NCBI GenBank assembly: GCA_024679065.1
Contig: JAGIQG010000002.1
Coordinates: forward strand, 71,982,001 to 72,046,000
Origin: Sphyrna mokarran
Lineage: Eukaryota
Length of the DNA: 64,000 bases
Direction: 5' to 3'
The notes below the pieces were generated by a model, which saw only the letters and a list, made by a program, of their open reading frames with translations, was not told the DNA's origin and ran no database searches. The position numbers and the translations under genes were made by a program. Shown here piece after piece: positions 23,515 through 36,300 of this stretch (position 1 is the stretch's first letter; each line of letters starts with the position of its first letter).

Positions 23515-25957
23515 AGAGATGTAGAAGTAACAGTTTTCATGATGGGAGACTTTAATTTCCCAAACATCAACTGGAATGTCCCCAGGGTAAGGGGTTCGGA
23601 TGGTGAGGAGTTTGTTAAGTGTGTTCAGGAGGGTTTCCTGACACAGCACATGGATAAGCTTACGAGAGGAGAGGCTGTACTTGACCTGGTGCTGACTAAT
23701 GAACCAGAACAGGTGTCAGATCTCTCGGTAGGAGAGCAACTCAGGAATGATGATCATAATTCTATATCCTTCACGATAGCGTTGGAAAGAGATAGGATCA
23801 GGTAGGATAGGAAGGTGTTTATCTAGAGTAGGGAGAAATATGAAATCATTAGGCAGGAAATTGGAAGAATAAACTGGAAGGTGTTGGAGGAAAGTACTGA
23901 AGGAAGATGGCGGATTTTCAAGGAATGTTTGTCTGGAGCTCTTCACGACAACGTTCCGGTGAGACAAGGAGGTTTTGATAGGTTGAGAGAACCTTGGTGC
24001 ACAAAGGTTGTGATGAACCTAGTTAGGAAGAAAATGTTGTACAATAGATTCAGGGAGCTAGGGGATGTTAAGGATCTAGAGGCGTATAAGACTTGTAGAA
24101 GGGAGCTTAAAAAGGAAATTAAAAAAGCCAAAAGGGGTCATGAGAAGGCTTTGGCAAGTAGGATTAAGGAGAATCCCAAGGCATTCTACAAATATGTGAA
24201 GAGTAAAAGGATGAGAAGAGAAGGGATAGGACCTATAAAAGGTGAAGGGGGAAAAGCCTGTGTGGAACCAGAAGAAATGACAGAGGTGCTTAATAAGCAC
24301 TTTGCCTCAGTATTCACAGTGGAGAGTGATCGGGGGGGTTGTACTACAGGATTGCGGCAAACTGAAAAGATTGCGTATGTGGACATTAAGAAGAGGTGTT
24401 GGAACTTTAAATTCCATGAAGGTAGGTAAGTCGCCGAGTCCGGATGGGATGTACCCCATGTTACTGTGGGAGGTGAGGGAAGTGATTGCAGAAGTTGATG
24501 GAGATGGGAGAGGTTCCGGAGGACTGGAGGATTGAGGATGTGGTGCCTATTTTCAAGAAGGGGAACAGGGATAGCCCGGGCAGTTACCAACCAGTGAGTC
24601 TGACCTCAGTGGTCGGTAAGTTAATGGAGAGGATTCTGAGAGATAAGATTTATGAGTATTTAGAGAAATTCAATATGATCAGAAATAGTCAACACGGCTT
24701 TGTTAAGGGCAGATCGTGCCTTAGGAGCCTAGTTGACTTCTTTGAAAATGTGACTGAACACATTGATGAAGGAAGAACAATGGACATGGTTTACATGGAT
24801 TTCAGCAAGGTGTTTGATAAGGTCCCCCATGCAAGACTTCTTGAGAAGGTGAGAGGACATGAGATCCAGGGGGCTTTGGTCTTGTGGATCCAGAACTGGC
24901 TTGCCTGCCGAAGGCAGAGAGTAGTTGTGGATGGATCTTCTTCTGCAGGGAGGACAGTCACCAGTGGAGTGCCCCAGGGATCTGTTCTAGGACCCTTGCT
25001 GTTTGTCACTTTCATAAATGACCCGGGTGAGGAAGTGGAGGGATGGGTTAGTAAGTTCGCCGACAATACAAAGGTTGGTGGTGTTGTGGATAGTCTGGAG
25101 GGATGTCTGAAGTTGCAGTGACACATAGATAGGATGCAAGACTGGGTGGAGAAGTGGCAGATGGACTTCAACGCAGATAAATGTGTGGTGGTCCATTTTG
25201 GCAGGACCAATGGGATGAAGCAGTATAGTATCAAGGGTAGGAGTCTTGGCAGTGTTGAGGAGCACAAGGATCTTGGGGTCCGGGTCCACAGGACTCTTAA
25301 ATCTGCCCCGCATGTGGAGGATGTGGTCAAGAAGGCATACGGTGTACTGGCCTTCATTAATCAAGGGATTGAGTTTAGGAGTCGGGAGGTAATGTTGCAA
25401 CTTTATAAGACCCTTGTCAGACCCCACTTGGAGTACTGTGTGCAGTTCTGGTCGCCTCACTATAGGAAGGATGTGGAAGCTATTGAGAGGGTGCAGAAGA
25501 GATTTGCAAGGATGTTGCCTGGATTGGGGGAGGTGCCTTATGAAGATAGGTTGAGAGAGCTAGGTCTCTTCTCCCTGGAGAGACGAAGGGTGAGAGGCAA
25601 CCTGATAGAGGTTTATAAGATATTGTGAGGAATATATAGGGTGGATTCTCAGAGGCTATTTCCCAGAGCTGAAATGGTCGCTACGAGAGGACACAGGTTT
25701 AAGGTGCTGGGGGGCAAGTACAGAGGAGATGTTAGAGGTAAGTTTTTTACTCAGAGGGTGGTGAATGAATGGAATCGGCTACCGTCAGTGGTGGTGGAGG
25801 CGAACTCGCTGGGGTCTTTTAAGAGGCTTTTGGATGAGTACATGGGATTTAATGGGATTGGGTGTTACAGATAGTTCTATGGCCTGGTAGGTATAGATAT
25901 GATCGCCACAACTTGTGCGCCGAAGGGCCTGTTTGTGCTGTAGTGTTCTATGTTCTT
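23515..25957 (+). mobile_element. CR1 LINE from endonuclease to 3' tail, few disablements
   Basis: ORFs 23494, 23881, 24486, 25134, 25641: MGDFNFPNINW, PIFKKG..PVSLTSVVGK, GVPQGSVLGP, KFADNTK. Confidence 0.96.
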
Positions 25958-27464
25958 TATATGCATGGGAATAGGAAGTTGCAAAGGGACTTAAGTAGAA
26001 TAATTGAATGAACGAAACTGATGCGAGGAGAGGACACTTTGGGGAAGTATATGGTCGTCCATTTTAGATACAAACAAAATGAATTGACATATTTTCTGAA
26101 TGCCAAGAGACTGAACCATGGAGAAACAAAATACTTAGAATGTCCATGCACACAAACCACTAAATGCCACTGTAAAGAGGAGAAGAGCAAGGATAAATGG
26201 TATGAATTTCACTGTAACATTTGACACATTCTCCACCCATCCATCTCCTTCACTAAGAAGACTTTCTCAAAACTTTGCCTTTTGGTAACCTACTCCGAGC
26301 AGGATTTTGACCTCCGATCAATGTCAGCACCCAAGCAATCTTTTTGTACCCCTTCCCCTTCCCCATACCAGATTTCAGCTTTAGCAGCTGCACAACCTCC
26401 CATGTCCCAACGTCACCCACATCTGAACAAGATTATGGTCTCCCACATCTCCCCCACCATCTCCTCATCTCTCATGTGATAAAACTTCCCCATCAAATGA
26501 GACAAGTTCACTTACCAATATTCCTCCTTTGAGTCCTGTTTTTCTTCCCTCTTTCTTCCCATTTCCATCACTCGTTTCTTTTTAGCACCTAATCCACAGT
26601 CCCCTTACGATCCCAACCAAGCCTCAAGTTTTGATAAGATCTGCCCAGGGACAAATAATGTTTTGTAGACAAAATTTGAGATTCGATACACTAACAGCAT
26701 CAGTCAGAATATTTCACGGGTTTGAGAAAACAAAAGTAAACTATTATGCAATGTCAGAAAGTTAAAACAGTTTATAATATCTATTATATCCTCTTTAATG
26801 ATCAGGGTAAATCTGAGGTGCATGTGAATTAACAGGCAAACTGTGGACACTGCACAATAAATGGTGACTAAGTCTGAGCCCACAGATTTCTCAACAATCT
26901 TCTTGGGTATCAGTAAACACTGTGTGTGGGTCAACCAATATCATTGGAATTTTGTCTCTCACATGAGGAATTCCAGTTTTCATCATCAAAGATCTCACCT
27001 TGGTATTCTGTTCAAACATTGCTCCAACTCTGACAGCCTCAGTAAAAGCTCACCTTGCAGAATTTCATTCTTGTCTCTTGAGATTCCAGTCCCCTAGAAT
27101 CCTGAGTATGCATTCAAGCACCAGTTCACAGGCAGCGCCTCAGTTCTTAAGCTATGCCAAGCAGAATACTACTCCAGAGCGGTACAGAGTCACCAGTCTT
27201 CCGCTGCTTCCTTAGAATTCTGGAACTTCTCCTGGGCTCTCACCACTTAGAGTCTGCTATCTGCAGCCCATTTCCCACATTTGGTTTGTTTCTTTGCTCT
27301 TTTTTAACTGGGACCTATTTGTGGCCACTGTCTGTGATGCTTACCTGCAAAGGAGCTTCATTCCCAGTCACATGACTTGGGTTTTCACGCTTTTTAGTGT
27401 GCATTTCCACAGACCTGTCATTATTCCAAAAAAGTCATATTCGTGAATCACACATGAATAGTAG

Positions 27465-27765
27465 GGTGGTACAATGGTTAGCATTGTTGCCTCCATAGAT
27501 CCATGTTTGATTCCTGCCTTGGCTGACTCTGGAGTTTGCATGTGCTCCCTATGTCTGAGTTTCCTCCCACAGTCCAAAAGTTAGGTGGGTTGTTTATGCG
27601 AAGTTGCCCCTTACTGTCCTATGATGTGTAGGTCAGGGAGATTAGTGGGGCAATGCACAGGTTTATGTGGATATTGTGGGTATCCTGGATAAGATGCTCT
27701 GTCAGAGAGTTGGTGTCGACTTGATGTGCCGAATGGCCTTGTTCTACACTGCAAACATTCTATGC
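27465..27765 (+). mobile_element. Older V-SINE
   Basis: aatggttagcattg, gtttgattcc, ggagtttgcatgtg, tail gccgaatggcc..ttctatg. Confidence 0.75.
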
Positions 27766-28699
27766 AGCCCACTCCCAATCCATACATACTAGAAAACCCT
27801 GAGACTTCATGACCTCTTCTCTGTTCTTAAGGTAAGGTGAATTTCATAACAATATCCCCATTCTCCTCTCTCACCTTTCTCCCTTTTCCCCTTCTCCCAT
27901 CTGAATTTAATTATTCTCCCTTTGTCTAATCCTTTGTGGTCTGAATGTAAACTTTAATTTTGGGATGTGTTATCGACTCCAATAGTCACATTATGATTTA
28001 ATGTATTAAGTTTCCTTTGTTATTTTATCATAACATCAAATCAACACAATATCACAACATCAAAACAGAATTGCACTCTGGAACTCAAATGAACGAATAA
28101 TTTTTCTGTTGTTTGTGTAATGTAAAGCTTTTTTTTCCCTATTATTTCTCCACCCCTCCCAACCTTTTACTGTCTGAACGTGTGGAGGGAAACTGGCAAG
28201 CACTTCCGTTCCTGATTTTGAATGTGTAAAACAAACTAAATTTAAGAGTTAACCTTAAATTTGCTGTTAATTATTTGTACAATTGGATCACACAAGGTAC
28301 CTGGAACACAGGCCACCAATTATTTTTTTAAAAATTCAAAACTCCTTCTGCTTATGGACAGTTGGTATGAGGGAATCAGTAGTTTGAATTGTTCCTCTTC
28401 TGTCCACTTCCCCTTAAATGCATCTAGCTATTAATCGTGACCACTCTGTTTTTCAACTACTCACTGGATGAAGAAACCGACTTTAGAAGTTATAAGGTAA
28501 GGGTGTTTATCAGAGTAAGGATTAACGTGGGACTGGAGCGAAGTATTGTCCATGGTATGATGTAGAGAATCACATGGTAAAGTGAGTATAGTAAAATCTA
28601 GAAGGAACCAGCCTGGAAACTGCACCCATACAGGCTGTACCTTGGATGTGAATATACACAGTTATGAGTTGTTAACAAATATCTAAAATTAAATTATAT

Positions 28700-30950
28700 A
28701 TGCATCTAGTCCTTCCAGTGATACACCAAAAAACTCTCACAACATAGTGGAAGCTTGAGGTTTTCCTCAGAAAATGCAAAGAAAAGCTGAAATGCTGAAC
28801 ATTGAGAAAAAAACTCAGCAAAGTAATCTGACCTGACTGTCACCCAAGTGAATGACAATGCCATCTTGAATTCAGAAAGCTCTTAAAGTTGAACATACTT
28901 TTAAAAATTTAACTATGGATCAGAATTCCATTCATCCGCAACAATTTGGACTTATCCAAGGGCTAAACCTAACTGGAAAACTGGTATCCTCGAGAAAAGA
29001 ATTTCTAAAGTACAAGAGTACATTAGGTGTAAGTAGAAAGTCAGAAAAAGTCCAGATTAATGCCTTTTCATACTGGTTTTGTAAACATGCAGAAGTGATC
29101 CTAATAATGAGTCCAGCTTTAGTAAAATACTATAAAATTTTGATGAATATTTTAAGTTGTGCAGTGTAAAAAGAGGAATAGAAAATCCATAGCACAGTTA
29201 TGGAAGGAGAAAAGATATTAACTGTGCAAGCCACATGAGGGTACCAGAGAGGCCAACAATTTTCCAGAAGCCCTGAAAATACACCTTTTTGGGAAGTTCG
29301 ACATTGCTTGAGCTACAACAGCAAAGTGGCATTACGGAGCAAATGGTTGACTTTGTATGAAGTCTGATGAATTCCAATATATACAAACCCTGCAGAAGTG
29401 AAATTAAATAAAGTTAGAAAAGGTTTGCATCACAGCTGAATTGGAAAATTTGCAACACAAAATTTAAGCTAAGTATTTACTTCTAAAAATGCTTTGAAAA
29501 GCAATTACTTTGAAAAACTAATGCACTACATTGCTCAAGATCTGAATAAACAAATTTTTGAGATGTCATAAGCATATTGGAGGAAGTAACTCTGAATGTA
29601 ATTGTTGGCAAATCAAGTGGAAGATGGCAAAACTCAACAAAAGTACAGCCAAGGACAAGAGCAGAGAGAAAATGAACTCAAAGTTGCAGCCTTGAAAGAT
29701 CATTTGAAAAATTAATACATAGACCTAGGAAAGCAGGACTTAAGAACTTGAATACTTGTTCAGAAAAGGCTGCATTGGAACTATCAGTGGTCGTATAGCA
29801 GTGCACTGAAGCACAACATGAAGCAGCAATAGGTCAACAAAAAGATAAACAATTGAAACAATTCTTCAAGCTCAAATGCAAAAGAAGTAGACATAACTTC
29901 AGCAGCATGAAGACTGTCTTTAACAGCAGAATGGAAGAAAGAACCATAGAAGAAACTCAAGGAGACGCAAGGAAATTACATGAAAATACAAAGTGAAACC
30001 ATTGGATAAACCCAGACATTGTAAGCAAATAAGTGAATTTCTACTGAACAGATTGACAGAGTAATGAGTGAATTGAAAGAGTCCAAGGAGCATGCAGTGA
30101 CCATGAAAGAAAGATTTCAAAAAGAATGGAATGCCCAGCTGAAATTGTTAAGTTTGTATAAGGATTTTGCAGATAACTTTGAAGGAAAGGCAACTGAACT
30201 CATCACACTTGTTACCGAACTAGAACATAGAACAATACAGCACAGAACAGGCCCTTCGGCCCTCGATGTTGTGCCGACCAAAATAAAAAGCAATGCCCCT
30301 CCTAACTAAACCATTCCCTTCTCATCCATATACTTATCCTAACCTCTTAAACGCCACCAAACTTGGCGCATCACAAAGCTGCAGGCAGGATTCCATCCCT
30401 AATCACTCTTTGAGTAAAAACCTACCTCTGATATCCGTCCTATAACTCATACCCCTTAATTTAAAGTGTGTCCCCTCGTGCTAGCTTTTCCATCCTAGGA
30501 AAAGGCATCACTGTCCACCCTATCAAACCTCTAATCATCTTATTGTTCATAGTCCCCCTTAGCCGCCTCCTTCTAACGAAAACACCTCAAATCCTCACCT
30601 CTCTTCATAGACCTGCCCTCATACCAGGCACATCCTGTAAACCTCCTCTGTACCCTCTCCAATGCCTCCAATCTTTCTTATAATTGGGACCAGAACTGCA
30701 CACAATACTCCAAGTGCGGCCGCACTAGAGTTTGTACAGCTGCAACATGATGCTGCGGCTCAAATTCAATCCCCCTACCAATAAAAGCTAAGACTCCATA
30801 AGCCTTCTTAACAACTTTATCCACTTGACTGCCTACTTTCAGGGATCTATTGACACATACACCAAGATCCTTCTGTTCCTCTCAAGATCCTTCTGTTCCT
30901 TCTGTTGAAAGGATTCATAAGCTTGAAAAAGAATTGGAAAATTGGAAATG
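28700..30950 (+). pseudogene. Decayed intronless TPR (nucleoprotein TPR)-like N-terminal coiled-coil sequence
   Basis: ORF 30064 ELKESKEHAVTMKERFQKEWNAQLKLLSLYKDFADNFEGKATELITLVTEL vs recalled TPR [64 protein letters not shown] at 30904-30942 vs LEKIGRLEKELEN; WKLEVFL near 28750 vs NKLEKFL. Stops and frameshifts. Confidence 0.75.
30221..30900 (-). mobile_element. CR1 3' end inserted in the TPR-like pseudogene
   Basis: rc tail tagaacatagaacaatacagcacagaacaggcccttcggcc; rc of LVRPHLEYCVQFW at about 30690-30730. Confidence 0.92.
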
Positions 30951-31365
30951 AAAGTTCCATTTCTGAAACAACTTCATCCAGCAAGAACATGCAGACCCCA
31001 TGAAAAAAGTTTGCGTCCACTCTAGGAATGGACAGAGTGAACATTCCCTTCGGAAGAAATGGGGCAAATCTACAATGTCTGAACAAAGCAGATGGATTGT
31101 CCATAAAGATAAAACACAGTTTGAAAGAATGCAATAGCCAATCAATTTATCCAAGTGTTGGAAACTCCTGTACTACAATTTTAAGGCCAAACTAACCAAG
31201 CCAACCTGAAACAACTGTGACTATCATTCCACCAAAAGATGTGGAATAATTGTCAAGTCTCCAAATCTTCATAAAGTCAGAGACTTGAGAGGAGGGAGAA
31301 GGTGTAGCAAGTAAAGAAGACTACAATGTAAATATGCTTGGGTAAGGATATGAGGGAAGTGTACG

Positions 31366-31448
31366 ACGGTTCTATAGATCCACATTAACCCTTATTCAGC
31401 TGAACATCGTTCAGCCGAATAAGGGTTAATGTGGATCTGGAGAACCGT
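31366..31448. repeat. Near-perfect inverted repeat, 40-bp arms with a 3-nt loop
   Basis: 31366-31405 vs rc of 31409-31448: 37 of 40 identical. Confidence 0.95.
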
Positions 31449-31967
31449 ACCATCCACAGAGTGTCACAGGATAATAGTCTGTGTGCAGTAGAGTCCAGAA
31501 AGAGCACAATGGAGACAGCACCTACGGAAAGTAACCTTGGAGTCGAGTTGTTCATACATTTAGTAATCAACCAGACAGCAGATAATCCTTACAACAACGG
31601 TGACTATCTCATTTATCATCCCTAGTTTTGAAAACCCTACAAATGGAAATATCATCTCTATGCCTACCCTGTCAAACCCTTACATTATTTTAAAATCCTC
31701 CATGAGTTCACTCTTTTTGCTCTAGAATGTGTTTTTCAAGAGAGAGAAGCCTACACCTGTTCAGTTGTTTGTGGATAGCTGTATGTTCTTAGTTCTGGTG
31801 TCTGTATATTGTGTCTGAAACAATTTATAACAAGTGTACGTATCTAAAATAGAAGATGATTGGAAAAGTGTGATAGGTTGTTTTGGAAGATACTTCAGTT
31901 GATTTCACAGATAAATATATATTTGTGATACTTGTTAGTAATTGAAAGATCCTTTAATCATTCACAG

Positions 31968-32018
31968 AAGACATTGAAACTTCAACAATGAAGTCAGGTG
32001 ATCCAGATGAGGTTTTTG
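31968..32018 (+). CDS. PPP1R9A: Probable 51-nt neurabin-1 exon (E)DIETSTMKSGDPDEVF
   Basis: Acceptor tcattcacag (NAGNAG cag aag), donor TTG|gtaagt, symmetric phase 1-1, open frame leading into DFNEA. Confidence 0.7.
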
Positions 32019-32959
32019 GTAAGTTTTTTTTTATCATCTTCAACCCAATTATACATCAGAGTTTCATTATACTTCACTCAAGAATATCCAATATTGTGAT
32101 GGTATGTGCAAAATTCTAAACCTTCTACCTTGTAGGAACAAAGCATAAAAAAATTAATCACTTTATTCTTGAGTAGAGATCATTCTTATAGCCCTTAAAA
32201 TGGAAAATATTTTGACTCTCAAGATAATTTTCATCTTTGAACTTTCAGTAGGGGGACAGGTAGAAAGCATGGTTGGAAAGATCTGGAAGAGATTTTTAAA
32301 GATTGGAAAAGAAATTGAAGTGATGGATTTAGAGGAGAATTCCTAGAGATTAGGTCCAAAGTATCTGAAGGAAATGGCCCCTGATAATTGAGCATAGTAA
32401 GGCTAGAATCAAGGAGTTAAATGGTTGAGGTTGTAATGACAAGGTGAAATCGAAACAGTAGGAGGGTTTTGTAAATGAGAAAGGTTTTGAATTTGCAGCA
32501 GTGAGGAAAAGAAACCAATAGGTCAGCAAGGACAAAGAGGGCTTTTAGAGCAGAATAGGAATTTGTGCAATGAAAATATCACAGCACAGAAATAAGCCAT
32601 TCAAATATAATAAAACTGATTGTATTGTTCTACAACTTTGCTGCCTTGAATCAAATTTTTCTGCTCAGTCTTCGGACAAATAAATAACTCGCTTTACGGA
32701 CAGTTATCCAAATCCCTTTGTAAAGCATTTTGGAGGAGCTGTCGATTTTGAGGAATTGAAAAGGGGTTCATTAAAGAAAGCATTTCATTGGAGCTCAGGG
32801 ATAACAAAACATGGAAAAGGAATTGGGCATAAACAACGAGGTAAAGGTGATGTGGGCAATATTGCAGGGATGAAAGTTAGCCAGCTGGGTTTTATTGCCA
32901 TTTTTTCATCTGAGAGACGATGGACATTCAGCAAGCATCTATCTAATTGGGATGCAACT

Positions 32960-33700
32960 CATTTGGTGCATCTTTGCTGAAGGCTGTGAAGAGACTGGTT
33001 CTGCCACAAGTGCTGCACATGAAGTGACATGGTAGGTGTTTTTTGGCATTGCCAAACTGCTGTAGCCATTGGTCATCGTTGCAGTGCATGCCAATCCATA
33101 GAAGATGTCGCTATTTCTTTCTTTTGCTAGCTAGCATCTCTTAGCTATGATCGTCAACTTTTCGGGCCTTCATGGTACATATGCAAGCACCCTTGGAGTG
33201 GAGCCTTGAGTGCCGTACTGATCATCTGACTCCAGTACCTCACCATGCAGAATGTCTTTGGGTATGCGTCTATCTTCCATCCTGCAGACAATGATCCACT
33301 AATGCAACCTCTGTTTGCTTAATGCCCATATGTATGGTAGCTGTGACTGTGAGAGGACTGCTGCATTCAAGACTTTGTCCTGCCAGGAAATATCCACAAT
33401 GTGTTACACACTGTAAAGTTGGAAATCATTGAACTTTTTCTGATAGCTGTAAGTCACCCATGTTTCACAGTCATACAACATAATGCTAAGGAGACTAGCT
33501 TTGCAAGCCATCAGCATAGACCAAAGGCTCAGTCAGCTTGGTATTATCCAGTACACTGTTTGCACTTTGGCTGTATGAGGTAGCTTCTTTCCCAATGCGT
33601 GTATTGAGTTCTGTGACCTTGGACCCAAGATAGCAGAATTTGCTGAGTTCCTCCTGATCAGTGTTTTTCGTATGATCAGGGGTATAGATACATTCCATTA
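32960..33700 (-). mobile_element. Decayed RTE-BovB-like LINE 3' part
   Basis: FCYLGSK..ELNTRIGK; rc DISWQDKV; rc MEDRRIPKDILHGE. Confidence 0.8.
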
Positions 33701-33964
33701 AGGAAGAAAAAACTTTTCAGCAAAAGTTAGCTAATCATAAAATCCCTTTAATTAAGGAAATTTGCTGTCCTTGTCTGGCCTGGCCTATATGTGACCCAGA
33801 CCCACAGTAATGTGACTGAAAATGAACTCTCCTCTGAAATGGCCAAGCAAGCCACTTAGAAGTATCACTTGATTCCTTTGTAAATCAAAAATTATCTAAT
33901 TCAGCTTTGAATATATTCAGTAACCCAGTTTCTGCAGCTGTCTGGGGAGAAGTAGGTTATTCGA

Positions 33965-34190
33965 ACCATGAAGTCTGCACTGACTCTATCAGAGTATCTT
34001 ACCCAGGTCTCCTCCCTGGCTTTGTCCCAATTACCCCAGATGTTTACCGTGGCTAATCCATCTAACCTGCACATATTTAGACTGTGGAAGGAAACCAGAG
34101 CACCTGGAGGAAACCCATGCAGACACAGGAAGAATGTGTAAACTCCACACAGTCATCCAATCTGGAATTGAACCCGGATCCCTGGAATTT
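33965..34190 (-). mobile_element. HE1-like V-SINE
   Basis: ggaaaccagagcacctggaggaaacccatgcagacac; ggaattgaacccgg. Confidence 0.85.
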
Positions 34191-34709
34191 AGTAAAGAAG
34201 GAAAAGTAAATTGATAAGGAAAGAGTATTTGTGAGTAAACTAGCATGAGACAGATTTGTAAATGTTCCTGTAGGTATGCAGATTAGAAAGGATTAATTAA
34301 AATAAACATGAGGCTATTAGAGATAAAATTATAATGGGGTGTAAGGAAATGGCAAAGACATTATACTTTTTATGTTTTCATGATAGAAAATATAAAATAG
34401 TTCCAGAATTAATGGGAATGACAAGTTAAACAAATCGGTAAAAATAGTCTGATTAATTTCTCCAATACTATTTAACTAAGTGGCAGTTAGATGAATTTGA
34501 ATTCAATTAATGTATCTGGAATGAAAAGCTAGTCTCAGTAGTAATGTTCTTAAAACAATAGATTGTGGAAAACACTCATATCGTTCATTAATATTCTTTA
34601 ATGAAGGAAACGTGTTACCATTATCTGATCTGGCCTACGTACGATTCTAGATCCATAGTAATGTGACTGAAAATTAACTGCCCTCCAAAACACACGCAGT
34701 GTCTTGAGA

Positions 34710-36300
34710 TGGATGGAAAGTTAGATTTGGACAAGCTGAGTATGTGGGTGTGTGCATGGCAGATGCAGTTTAATGTGGATAAATGTAAGATTATCCACTA
34801 TGGTATCAATAATAGGAAGACAGATTGCCATTATCCACTTCTCTCATTTTACACACTTGAATGGGTGTAAAATAAGAGAGGTGGATGCTCAACAAACCTT
34901 GGAGTCCTCGCTGAAATTAAGCGTGTAGGTACAGCAGACGGTAAAGAAGGCAAATGGTATGTTGGCCTTCATAGCGAAAGAATTTAAGGATAGGGATTTT
35001 TTTTGCAATTGTATAGGGCATTGATGAGGCCACACCTGAAGTATTGTATGCAGTTTTGGTGTCCTTATATATCTTCCATCTCTGCAGCTGCTCTTTTAAG
35101 ACTTCTGGATGCAGACCGTCAGGTCCATTGAACTTGTCAGCTTTTAGTCCCATTAGTTTTACTAATTTTTTTTTCTGGTGAGATTTTTTTTAAGTTACTC
35201 GCTTTTTCCCTAGGTTTTCTACCATTCTTGGGGGTGCTTTGTCTTTTACCATGACAATAGATGCAAAATACAGTTCAAAGTTTTTACTATTTCCTTGTTT
35301 CACATTGTTAATTTTCCATTCTTTAGCTATTCTTTGTTTTTATATAATTGTAGAAGATCTGGTCTGTGTTTCTGTTTGCTAGCTTACTCTCCTGTTCTAT
35401 TTTCTCCCTTTATTTATGATAAGTCTTTGCTGGATTCTAAGTGTTCTCAATCTTTTGGCTTGCCTCTAATCTTCACATATAATGCCTCACAAGTTTCCAG
35501 TCTCATGTAATGATTAGAAGGCAAAGAGAGTTTAAAATGGTAATTTTTGACCATATTTTTCGCCTTCAGACTGAATGTGAATTTCTGTTAAATTATGATC
35601 ATCTTCCTAAGAATATCCACTACTATAAGATCTTTAATCTTGTTTCATCACATTTTACACGTTCTAAAATAGCCTGGGCCTTTGAAGAGTTTACAGCATA
35701 CCATTCTAGGAAACTATCCCAAACATTACCCAGGAACTTGCCTCAAGGCTACCTTTGCCAATCTGATTTGTCCAGTCTATATCAAAATCTCGCAAATTTC
35801 TTACCAGCCCCCTTTGTTTCTTGATTTGTGCTAAATCTTACAATAAGGCAGCCTATAATCTGCATTCATTCGTGACTTCTTTCCCACGTCATTTCTTATC
35901 TTCATCCAAGATGATTTTACATTGTGATCTGCTGGGCCATGATCATTTCTCACCACTACACTGATCTCATCTTAAATTAACAGAGCCATTCCGCCTTTTT
36001 CTTTCATCCATTCATTTCTAATAATCAAATATCATTGAAATTTAGTTACCATTTTAGTCACCTCACAACCACTTCTCTATCTCTGTAATAGCTGTATTAT
36101 ACCTGTTATACTTTTAATTGTGTCATCTATCCTGTAGGAATACTACATGCATTCAGACATAGTCTCTAATTTAGATTTTTTTTAATAAAAACATTTTGCC
36201 GTTCTTTGACCCGTTTTGATAATAGGCTTTTTATGTTTGTACTCTCTTTATCTGCCTGTTATGTTCTGCTTATCATCACCCATATAACCATGCTCACTAC
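34710..36300. mobile_element. Old CR1 fragments (+ 34710-35065; - 35070-36300)
   Basis: WQMQFNVDKC, MRPHLKYCMQFW on +; GLKADKFNGPDGLHPEVLKE on -. Confidence 0.7.

Noticed and set aside
23494-25874. Active autonomous LINE
   Set aside because: 5'-truncated, with stops and frameshifts.
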